From a phage: a DNA stretch of 64,000 nt. The notes beneath the pieces were generated by a model. The model was not told the origin of the DNA and searched no databases. It saw nothing but the letters and a program-made list of their open reading frames with translations. A program made the position numbers and the translations under genes. The stretch lies in the NCBI GenBank assembly GCA_036930585.1, contig GCA_036930585.1_3066.1; one strand, given 5' to 3'. Within the stretch, counting starts at the first letter, position 1. Each line of letters begins with the position of its first letter. Below are positions 28,589-37,421 of this stretch, in pieces.

Positions 28589-28949
28589 TACAAGCTCTCA
28601 GTAAAGGTACGAGCGATAACGTCGCGCTGCTGTTCCGGAGTCAGAGAGTTAAAGCGAACTGCATAACCGGATACACGGATGGTCAGCTGCGGATATTTTT
28701 CCGGATGCTTAACTGCATCTTCCAGAGTTTCACGACGCAGAACGTTAACGTTCAGGTGTTGACCACCTTCAATTTTAACTGTAGGCTGTGGTTCAATTTC
28801 AATTTCACGGGCATGCAAACCGTAGAAAATTTCTGGGTCTACAAAAGAGTCCTCTTTAAAGGTTTAGAAACAATAATTCGTGCTTGAATACCATCTTCAA
28901 AATAAATAGTACCTTTATGTGTGCCTTCAAGAATTTGATATGCTTTCAT
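28588..28949 (-). pseudogene. glycyl-radical cofactor gene (GrcA/YfiD-like, T4 Y06I-like) interrupted by a -1 frameshift in a T-run near 28855
   Basis: C-terminal ~60 aa [29 protein letters not shown] glycyl-radical motif; N-terminal 36-codon ORF from ATG 28949 is in a different frame. Confidence 0.7.
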
Positions 28950-28955
28950 ATAACC

Positions 28956-29285
28956 TCAATTAGAAAATAAATTTATCCAAGATTGTTCTTTAATTAAAAA
29001 TGGCTCAGAATCATATGCCATTAAACTCTGTGTGATTAGTCCTTTAAAAGGCCCATCAATAAATTCCATGGTAAAATATGGAATTTTATTCATTAGCCGT
29101 GCATTAGGAGCAGTACATAAAACTCTGCATCCTTTGAATACACCTTTTTGTAATTTGTATTGCTTGGGATAAAATTCGCTCAAAATGTTATTATTTGCTA
29201 AAATTTCAAAATGATTCACCAATTTATTTTTAATAGTTTTTGGCGAAAAATAAAGATATTCGAAAAGCTGTGTGTCTGTCATCAT
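28956..29285 (-). CDS. hypothetical protein
   Basis: 109-aa ORF. Confidence 0.5.
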   Translation of the reverse strand: MMTDTQLFEYLYFSPKTIKNKLVNHFEILANNNILSEFYPKQYKLQKGVFKGCRVLCTAPNARLMNKIPYFTMEFIDGPFKGLITQSLMAYDSEPFLIKEQSWINLFSN

Positions 29286-29824
29286 TGCATTCCAATCACA
29301 AAAAATTGAGGACGAACTGTTTCACCTGTTTCAGCATTATAGCTTCGACAACAGTGCTGCACAGTTTCAATATGAATATCGTAAATTTTATCCATATCAG
29401 GAGATTTAACAGGCTCATCAATTATATACAAAATTCGTGAAAGCGATAAACCTCTGAACTTGCTACCTCTATTACCAATAAAACTGCGCACAGAATCAGT
29501 AAATAAACGAAAACGTATATCATCATTAGAATAACGCGAAAATTCCTTTTTAATGTTATTTGCAGAAATTTTAGCGTAAGCTGAAGTATTAGATAGAACA
29601 ATAACTGTTCCGCCATCATACAGCCAATTAGCAGCAAAGTTAGTCACAGCAAGTGATTTACCGGATTGACGTCCACCATCTATACGAAGTGTGCAGTACT
29701 GTTTAAGTACGTCTTCAAATGGTGGGACATAACCGTTCTTACAAATTTCTTCTACTCTAGCATCAGAATGGTGTGTAAAAGCATTCATCAGGGATAGATA
29801 AGGTCCAGTTAAAAATGTTCTCAT
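29282..29824 (-). CDS. small P-loop NTPase-like protein
   Basis: Walker A GGRQSGKS and Walker B-like LYIIDEP. Confidence 0.55.
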   Translation of the reverse strand: MRTFLTGPYLSLMNAFTHHSDARVEEICKNGYVPPFEDVLKQYCTLRIDGGRQSGKSLAVTNFAANWLYDGGTVIVLSNTSAYAKISANNIKKEFSRYSNDDIRFRLFTDSVRSFIGNRGSKFRGLSLSRILYIIDEPVKSPDMDKIYDIHIETVQHCCRSYNAETGETVRPQFFVIGMQ

Positions 29825-30002
29825 TTAGTTTCTCTTTTAGGTTGGGCCATTCCGTGGCACATGAATTGTCCATTTCTGTATTTACCCATTACCGCACTTG
29901 GGCACGACCTTATTACAGGTTGGCGGGAATCCCTCATAGAATCATGAGGTCCAGGTTGTTCCCATTTTATTTGAATGTAAATAGGCCTAAGTATAGGCCT
30001 TA

Positions 30003-30581
30003 TTAATTACCGCGGGCCGCATTAGCGACGGCGTAAGCGTACTGAACATTAGCGTCTTTAAACGTACCTTTAGAGGTATCTATTTCTGCCTTAAAGCCAC
30101 CTTTAGCCATAACATCGGCAAATTCTTTACGGAAAGCCATTGCATCAAGACCTTTCCATGATGATTTATGCTTGGCAAATTCAAGACCAGCGTAGTTGAC
30201 AGCTTTAGCTAATTTATTATCAATAACCCATTTACCGGCTTTAGGCACAAACTTCGGGCCTTTTTGTTTAGAGAACAGTTTTAAATTCCAGCGACGAAGA
30301 TCACTGTCGGCTTTAACAAAAGCTGCATCTAAGTTACTAGCAACAACATCTTCAATATGAGCAAATTTGAGTCCGTCAACTTCAATATTTAGATCGTTAC
30401 GCCAGCGAAGTCCTTCCCAAGCAAAGGCTTTAAAATCAGAAGCCTTTGTAGCTAAGTACCGTTCAATAGGAGCAGTTTTAGGGTCAAAGCCGTTTCCGCC
30501 ACGATAAGTCCACTCGTCCTTATTAATGCCTTGAGCTTTTCCTGCAAAGGCCTCGGCGATAAATTCTTTATACGTTTTCAT
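30003..30581 (-). CDS. ipIII: internal protein III-like (capsid-targeted)
   Basis: 192 aa; N-terminal MKTYKEFIAEA capsid targeting sequence; adjacent to e. Confidence 0.8.
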   Translation of the reverse strand: MKTYKEFIAEAFAGKAQGINKDEWTYRGGNGFDPKTAPIERYLATKASDFKAFAWEGLRWRNDLNIEVDGLKFAHIEDVVASNLDAAFVKADSDLRRWNLKLFSKQKGPKFVPKAGKWVIDNKLAKAVNYAGLEFAKHKSSWKGLDAMAFRKEFADVMAKGGFKAEIDTSKGTFKDANVQYAYAVANAARGN

Positions 30582-30670
30582 TTTTGTTTCCTTTAAATAT
30601 TTTAATTGGTAATTGTCTATTCAAGTAATTGTGAATATACTATCACAATTCTAGGAGAAAGTAAATAACT

Positions 30671-31639
<969 letters not shown>

Positions 31640-31658
<19 letters not shown>

Positions 31659-32002
31659 TCACTCACAAACTCTTTCATTGATTCATTTTCAATATAAGAC
31701 ACGTAGTTGTTATATTCTTTTAATTGTATTTTGTAATCCTTTTTTCTTTGCCAATTTATTTTAAAATTATCATAATGAAAATATAACATAATACCAAAGA
31801 ATGAAAATAATGAAATAATTTTAGTATAGTGAAGTTCACTCCAAACTTCTATTATATCTACTGTGCCGTCGATGTTTAAAATAAGACAGTCAATTAACAA
31901 TCCAAAAAGACTACCCGCAAGAGCTGCAGCCAACGCTACAGCAAAAATTAAAAATGACTCAGGAAGCGAATATTTGACTTTATTTAGTTTTGGCTTTTGC
32001 AT
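31640..32002 (-). CDS. membrane protein (multi-TM)
   Basis: 120 aa with hydrophobic segments. Confidence 0.5.
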
Positions 32003-32397
32003 CGTGATTCCTTAACAAATTTCATAATTTCATCAAATTCATATGCAGCAATTTTAAGCTGGTGTTCCTTTTTAATCTTTTTGCACTGTGCTTTCCAATC
32101 ACGTACGCGTTTACGATAATGTCTTCCTTGATACCAGTATCCTACCCAATTTACGGGTACTAATAAAAATGGAACTACAAATGGAAGAATTAATACGAAC
32201 AAAAATATTACGCCAGATTCAATATCAGTCATAAAGTCTATAACCATTCCAACAATCAATAGAATTACAAATGATATAGCTGTCACAGGACCTATTAATA
32301 TATCAGTAGGAATTAGCTGGCGCTTTAATTCATACTTCACAGGTTTACTTGGAAGGTATAGTGATGGCTTTGACATATTCTCTACATTCCTTAACAA
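31984..32397 (-). CDS. membrane protein (multi-TM)
   Basis: 137 aa with hydrophobic segments. Confidence 0.5.
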   Translation of the reverse strand: MLRNVENMSKPSLYLPSKPVKYELKRQLIPTDILIGPVTAISFVILLIVGMVIDFMTDIESGVIFLFVLILPFVVPFLLVPVNWVGYWYQGRHYRKRVRDWKAQCKKIKKEHQLKIAAYEFDEIMKFVKESRCKSQN

Positions 32398-32950
32398 ATT
32401 TTTCTAATAATAAATCGCTTTCAAAATTAGGATTTTCCACGAATTTATCAAAAAGATCATCAACAATAGTTAAGATATTCTTTTTGCTAAGAATACGTTT
32501 ATTTTCATATTTTGTTTCAGAGTCAACTATAAGAGTAAAGAAATATTTCTTTCCCTGAAATTTTACCGTAGTATCAATATAAAATAAATTTGACTTTTGT
32601 AAATTACGTTTAAACCATGCGTCACTTAAACTATAAACGCCAAGATAATCATAATCGTCATTTAAATAACAAACTGTCCATTCAGGAGAAATGAAATCAG
32701 TAAATTCAACATCAAAATCACATGTCAATGAATGAATTGATTCAATACTTTTAATGAGTATTCCAGGACGTATTAAAGACTTTTTACCTTTATAAAATCC
32801 AGAAAGACTTTCATCAGTTTCATATGAAGACCCCCAATAGTAATTACGTCCTTCTGCCATACGTTTAAGAGCATTTAGTAATTGATCTGGAACATCAACC
32901 TGTCTTTGGAACTCTTCAAACATTGAATTGAAATCACTTTGCATTTTCAT
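32345..32950 (-). CDS. hypothetical protein
   Basis: 201-aa ORF. Confidence 0.55.
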   Translation of the reverse strand: MKMQSDFNSMFEEFQRQVDVPDQLLNALKRMAEGRNYYWGSSYETDESLSGFYKGKKSLIRPGILIKSIESIHSLTCDFDVEFTDFISPEWTVCYLNDDYDYLGVYSLSDAWFKRNLQKSNLFYIDTTVKFQGKKYFFTLIVDSETKYENKRILSKKNILTIVDDLFDKFVENPNFESDLLLEKFVKECREYVKAITIPSK

Positions 32951-32970
32951 TCCTATTTACTCCAAGTAAT

Positions 32971-32986
32971 AGGGGCCGAAGCCCCT
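32971..32986 (-). terminator. hairpin aggggc-cgaa-gcccct after ORF 32992..33585
   Basis: inverted repeat; weak T-tract. Confidence 0.45.
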
Positions 32987-32991
32987 TATCA

Positions 32992-33585
32992 TTATTTCAG
33001 AGAATTAATATATTCCTGGACATCGGCAGAGGTAGTTTCAACCCCGGAAATATTACCATTAAAGGTTTCAACTCGGGCGAGAGTATCTTCAATATCAACT
33101 TTAGTTAGCGCTGCAATTTCAACTACATCATCAGCAGTACTAATTCCAAGGGCATTTGCTGCACGAGTTTCACGGATATATTCCAATTTAACTGCAAGTT
33201 CTTGGCGAGCATCATCCAATTCAACTACTTTCTTGGCGATTTCAATTCGCATTTCAGCATAACCATCAGCTTTAGTAGTCAACTGTTCAGCTGTTCGACG
33301 ATATAGCAAGCCGAGTTTAGCATGCATTGTTACATCTTGACCTTCAGAAAGAAGCTTGCGAATTTCACGCTCTTTTGATTCGGCCTGCTTATTCTTTTCG
33401 ACAATAAGTTCACGAATACGCTTTTCTTCATTAATAGATTTAACAGAAGCAGTTTTTAGATCTTTAATCTTATCAAGTAGTTTTGCTGCCGCAGCAGTAT
33501 ACTGTTCTTCAACAGATAGATTTTTAGCCATAGCAGAACCAAGTTTAGTGCGAATAAACTCAACAATTTTCTTCAGTGTGTTCAT
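32992..33585 (-). CDS. coiled-coil protein (possibly PspA/IM30-like)
   Basis: 197 aa, heptad-rich, charged. Confidence 0.4.
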
Positions 33586-33629
33586 AACATTTCCTTTAGT
33601 TAATTAAGGGTTTTATAATCCGTGGGAGT

Positions 33630-33659
33630 ATTATACTCTACTCCCAAGAGTTTGTAAAC
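33630..33659 (-). promoter_or_regulatory. early-type promoter: GTTTAC, 18 bp, TATAAT
   Basis: upstream of ORF 32992..33585. Confidence 0.55.
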
Positions 33660-33992
33660 TTATTCTTCGTCCAATTCATCAATAAATTTATCGATACTAC
33701 TATTAATAGACTCATCGATGATTAACAAAGCATCATCATCCATAATATTAATATTTTCTAAAGCATCAATATAAGCTTGATTGACTATAGACCATGCCCT
33801 TTGAAAATATGGGGCTTCATCATCAGGACTGAACCAACGTACACCTTCAAAGATACGGTTAGCATAATCCAATACCCACTGTACAGGCATGTTTTGAGAA
33901 CGTTCGTTAAACTCTTTAAATTCCTTAGATTCAAAAAGCTCTTCGGGATAATAATTTCGATTACAAAAAGCTTTACTAAAGTTACGTTTCAT
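33660..33992 (-). CDS. hypothetical acidic protein
   Basis: 110-aa ORF. Confidence 0.5.
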   Translation of the reverse strand: MKRNFSKAFCNRNYYPEELFESKEFKEFNERSQNMPVQWVLDYANRIFEGVRWFSPDDEAPYFQRAWSIVNQAYIDALENINIMDDDALLIIDESINSSIDKFIDELDEE

Positions 33993-34016
33993 AATGTTCT
34001 CCTCAAGTTACAGGCT

Positions 34017-34046
34017 CATAATATCTCAATCATGAGCCTGTGTAAA
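34017..34046 (-). promoter_or_regulatory. early-type promoter: GTTTAC, 18 bp, TATTAT, flanked by inverted repeat aggctcat/atgagcct
   Basis: motif read on minus strand. Confidence 0.5.
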
Positions 34047-34047
34047 C

Positions 34048-34323
34048 TTATTTCATATTATTGAAATATTCTTCTGCGATTTCATCGTTATCGTGGTAAA
34101 CTTTAGAAGACAGTTTAACATAACTTTCAGCTGTGAACATGTTAATCACAACCTTTACAGTATACCACTGACCATCTTCATTACCCATTACTGCGTAAGT
34201 TTCAAACATCGGATGATCAGGACCGATAACTTTAATATCATTCACTGTACGACCGAAATCTTCTGAAACACATTTCATAAAGAAGTTGAACAGTTCGCCG
34301 TAATTATCCATTTCATTCTCCAA
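34048..34323 (-). CDS. hypothetical protein
   Basis: 91-aa ORF. Confidence 0.5.
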   Translation of the reverse strand: MENEMDNYGELFNFFMKCVSEDFGRTVNDIKVIGPDHPMFETYAVMGNEDGQWYTVKVVINMFTAESYVKLSSKVYHDNDEIAEEYFNNMK

Positions 34324-34354
34324 GTTGTTTTCTGTATCAGTAGTTGATAGTTGT

Positions 34355-34384
34355 ATAGTACCATGGAAGAACAGGGATGTAAAC
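34355..34384 (-). promoter_or_regulatory. early-type promoter: GTTTAC, 18 bp, TACTAT
   Basis: motif read on minus strand. Confidence 0.6.
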
Positions 34385-34494
34385 AGTTTTGTGAAAAAAT
34401 TTTTAAAAAGTTTTAGGGAATTCTAGGGCAGGGAGGGGAAATCAAAGGATAGGATAATATATTATAAAGGGTATAAACTAAATGATGCCTAGAG

Positions 34495-34542
34495 AGGCCC
34501 GGAAAGGCCTAGATACCAAAAAGCCCTATCATTTAGATAGGG
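34495..34542 (-). terminator. two hairpins (aggcc-cggaaa-ggcct; ccctatc-attta-gataggg then TTTTT on minus strand)
   Basis: after stop of ORF 34551..35114. Confidence 0.55.
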
Positions 34543-34550
34543 ATTTAAAA

Positions 34551-35114
34551 TTATTTACCTAGTTTACTTATTATAGCTTCTGCAGCAGCTTTTAGCTTAG
34601 ATGCAGTGTTAATACGATTTTTAATTTCAGTATACGCATCGCCAAGAACATCAAGGCTATCAGAATAAACACTTACACTATTGCGTTCGCTATTTGAAAT
34701 AGAACCTTTAGTTTTGCGGTCAAAATCGGTGTACACGTCTTGAAGATCGCGGGCTGCCTTCTTTGCATCATCCAATGCATCAAGAGCTTTATTCAAAGCA
34801 TTAACGTATTTTTTAGTGTCGAACATATTCTTAGAAATTTTAACAGGTGCGCGTTCAGGAGTAGCTAACACAGATTTAGGAACCTGAGCGCCAGATGCCA
34901 ATTTCTTAGAAATTTTGAAAAATGCTTTATTGAATTTATTTTCTTGACTCATTGTAAAAGAACTATTATCGATGTTGTACATTTCAATAGCTTTAGCTTT
35001 CCACTTAAGAAAATCGCCGCGGTCTTTTGGGTCCAATTGGAAGAATACTTTAGTAAGATCTGCTTCAGATGGTAATTTTGCTGCTTCGGTTAAAAATTCG
35101 GCATAGGTTTTCAT
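34551..35114 (-). CDS. internal-protein-like protein with capsid targeting sequence
   Basis: 187 aa; N-terminal MKTYAEFLTEAA. Confidence 0.6.
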   Translation of the reverse strand: MKTYAEFLTEAAKLPSEADLTKVFFQLDPKDRGDFLKWKAKAIEMYNIDNSSFTMSQENKFNKAFFKISKKLASGAQVPKSVLATPERAPVKISKNMFDTKKYVNALNKALDALDDAKKAARDLQDVYTDFDRKTKGSISNSERNSVSVYSDSLDVLGDAYTEIKNRINTASKLKAAAEAIISKLGK

Positions 35115-35208
35115 TTAAAATCCTTGAAATAATTTATCGGTTGGTTATTAATTATTTATTACTTTGTTACTATCCGTAACAGCGTTATCCGAGTGATTCA
35201 AACTAAAA

Positions 35209-35232
35209 AGCCCCAACCTTTCGGTCGGGGCT
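35209..35232 (-). terminator. intrinsic terminator, copy 1 of a 34-bp repeat (actaaaaagccccaacctttcggtcggggctaag)
   Basis: hairpin plus T-run on minus strand, after ORF 35240..35713. Confidence 0.65.
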
Positions 35233-35239
35233 AAGAATG

Positions 35240-35713
35240 TCATTTGATTTGTTTAGCAGACCAAATGCGGTCTTTAATAATTTTTTGGATGTCTTCAACA
35301 TACTCAAGAGAGTGAACATGTGGATTATCTTTGAAACTATAAGCACGGGCTAACTTTTGGCCTTCGGTTTTGATTACTAAAAGCTCTTTAAGGATAGCTT
35401 CATATTTGGAGATAATTCCTTTAACAATATTTTTCTCTTGTGTGACTTTAGGATCTTCTTTAGGAGCAGGTTTACCTGAAGCCTTTGCAAAAGCAGCGCC
35501 AGTAGCAACTAAACTTTTCCAGGCCATACTAACTGCATTCCCTGTAAATCCTTCGGCTTTCATATCACGAGCAAATTGGAATCGTGATTCATCGGAAGCA
35601 TCTTTATAGGAATATTTACCCGCGGCAATGGCTGCTTTTGCGACAGCTTGAATTTCGGTGCTAGATGCTTCATTTAACACCGCTTCATTTAAAAATTGAG
35701 CATATGATTTCAT
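35240..35713 (-). CDS. internal-protein-like protein with capsid targeting sequence
   Basis: 157 aa; N-terminal MKSYAQFLNEA. Confidence 0.6.
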   Translation of the reverse strand: MKSYAQFLNEAVLNEASSTEIQAVAKAAIAAGKYSYKDASDESRFQFARDMKAEGFTGNAVSMAWKSLVATGAAFAKASGKPAPKEDPKVTQEKNIVKGIISKYEAILKELLVIKTEGQKLARAYSFKDNPHVHSLEYVEDIQKIIKDRIWSAKQIK

Positions 35714-35753
35714 CTTATTTCCTGTTTTAATTCGTGGTTTTAATATACTTATT

Positions 35754-35777
35754 TATACTAAAAAGCCCCAACCTTTC
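35754..35777 (-). terminator. intrinsic terminator, copy 2 of the 34-bp repeat
   Basis: identical to copy at 35203-35235. Confidence 0.65.
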
Positions 35778-35799
35778 GGTCGGGGCTAAGCCTTGCGGC

Positions 35800-36098
35800 A
35801 ACCTTGTCGGGGTTCCACCTGCTAAGGCAAGTGTTTGTACGAAACGCCGGGATTCGAACCCGGTTATTAAGCAGTTGACGCTACTCAATATTTTTAAAAG
35901 GCCATATCTCGACCATATCCGAACGTTCCGTCAAAAACGCTACTCGGCTTACGGCAAAGATATTTCCTCGAATCGATAATTCGGTGCGCCGTTTCAGCTG
36001 TGATGTAAGGGGACATTAACAGATCGTAAAGATTTGTTAATGCCAGTCCTTACCCAGGGAACATCAGTCCGACGACTTACCGGTAGCGACCCGGTTTC
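35800..36098 (-). ncRNA. candidate stable RNA / tRNA-like remnant
   Basis: ~300 bp with no credible ORF; perfect T-arm-like motif CCGGGTTCGAATCCCGG (35846-35862) but no matching acceptor stem; lies between the tRNA cluster and a terminator. Confidence 0.3.
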
Positions 36099-36449
36099 TT
36101 AATATTCTTTTAAAGCATCAATCTGTTCACGGCGTTTACGCCATAAATTAATTACTTCATAAGCGGATTCAGCATTTCGAATTGGTCGGCATTTATATAA
36201 AGACTTGCGATTTTGATATTGTGTAGATAACGGAATTTTATCTAAAAGGTCTTTACGTTCAAAGTATTCGTAACCATCTAAGCCAAATGAACGATTTTTG
36301 AGAAATTGCCAATGACCAAATTCGTTTTGAATATAAATATAATCCGCGTGTTGATAAAGTAAATTAATTTCACGAAATGAGATATGTTTTTCATATTCAT
36401 TGAAGTAAAATGTTAAATCATGAACTACTAAATAAACATTACCTTTCAT
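36099..36449 (-). CDS. hypothetical protein
   Basis: 116-aa ORF with GAGG SD, 18 nt downstream of tRNA-Arg. Confidence 0.55.
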   Translation of the reverse strand: MKGNVYLVVHDLTFYFNEYEKHISFREINLLYQHADYIYIQNEFGHWQFLKNRSFGLDGYEYFERKDLLDKIPLSTQYQNRKSLYKCRPIRNAESAYEVINLWRKRREQIDALKEY

Positions 36450-36467
36450 ATTTTCCTCACTTATAAT

Positions 36468-36543
36468 TGGTCGAGGCAGTAGGGATCGAACCTACGACCC
36501 AGGACTTAGAAGGTCCTTGCTCTTCCTTCTGAGCTATGCCTCG
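36468..36543 (-). tRNA. tRNA-Arg (anticodon TCT)
   Basis: hand-folded cloverleaf, T-loop GGTTCGATCC, encoded CCA. Confidence 0.85.
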
Positions 36544-36547
36544 TAAT

Positions 36548-36623
36548 TGGGGTGACCGATGGGAGTCGAACCCATGACTACGAGAATCACAATCTCGAGT
36601 TCTACCAACTAAACTACGGCCAC
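36548..36623 (-). tRNA. tRNA-His (anticodon GTG)
   Basis: hand-folded; acceptor 7 bp; no encoded G-1. Confidence 0.7.
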
Positions 36624-36737
36624 ATTAATACCTACTCCAACAATCAAGATGTCTTCACACGAAATTAAGAGAAGAGTGATCAGTTCAACCCCGATAATCG
36701 CGTCAAGTAGATATTAATGTGACAATTGTCACAAATT

Positions 36738-36812
36738 TGGCGGACGTGATAGGATTCGAACCTATAACCAATCGCTTAACAGGCGATCGCTCTGCCATTG
36801 AGCTACACATCC
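36738..36812 (-). tRNA. tRNA-Asn (anticodon GTT)
   Basis: hand-folded; T-loop GGTTCGAATCC. Confidence 0.8.
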
Positions 36813-36816
36813 AAAT

Positions 36817-36903
36817 TGGTGGGGAGTGATGGAGTCGAACCACCCGAGTCGCAATGACAATGGATTTACAGTCCACACCGCTACCTCTACGGGATAACTC
36901 CCC
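36817..36903 (-). tRNA. tRNA-Tyr (anticodon GTA), long variable arm
   Basis: hand-folded; 87 nt. Confidence 0.75.
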
Positions 36904-36916
36904 TTAATTCTTAATT

Positions 36917-36991
36917 TGGTGGCCCTGGGTGGAATTGAACCACCATCTGGCGATTATGAGTCGCTTGCTTGAACCTTCCAGCTACAGGGCC
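36917..36991 (-). tRNA. tRNA with CAT anticodon (Ile2/AUA-reading or elongator Met)
   Basis: hand-folded; G1-C72 paired so not initiator. Confidence 0.75.
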
Positions 36992-36992
36992 T

Positions 36993-37068
36993 TGGTGCTG
37001 ATTGACGGAATCGAACCGCCGACCTTCTCATTACAAGTGAGTTGCTCTACCTACTGAGCTAAATCAGC
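36993..37068 (-). tRNA. tRNA-Thr (anticodon TGT)
   Basis: hand-folded. Confidence 0.85.
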
Positions 37069-37073
37069 AAAAC

Positions 37074-37163
37074 TGGCGGAGGCGATAGGATTTGAACCTA
37101 TGAGTCGCCGGAGCGACTGCCGGTTTTCAAGACCGGTGCATTAAACCACTCTGCCACACCTCC
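37074..37163 (-). tRNA. tRNA-Ser (anticodon TGA), long variable arm
   Basis: hand-folded; 90 nt. Confidence 0.8.
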
Positions 37164-37165
37164 AG

Positions 37166-37239
37166 TCTCCATACAAGGATTTGAACCTTGGACCTCCTGA
37201 TCCCAAATCAGGCGCTCTACCAAACTGAGCTACACGGAG
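37166..37239 (-). tRNA. tRNA-Pro (anticodon TGG), CCA not encoded
   Basis: hand-folded; 2-nt spacer to tRNA-Ser. Confidence 0.8.
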
Positions 37240-37249
37240 TAAATTAAAT

Positions 37250-37323
<74 letters not shown>

Positions 37324-37328
37324 AAATT

Positions 37329-37415
37329 TGGTGCGAGAAGTGGGACTCGAACCCACAAGGAAATCATTCCGCAGCATTTTAAGTGCTGTGCCTTTACCAA
37401 TTTGGCCATTCTCGC
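37329..37415 (-). tRNA. tRNA-Leu (anticodon TAA), long variable arm
   Basis: hand-folded; 87 nt. Confidence 0.8.
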
Positions 37416-37421
37416 GTTATA

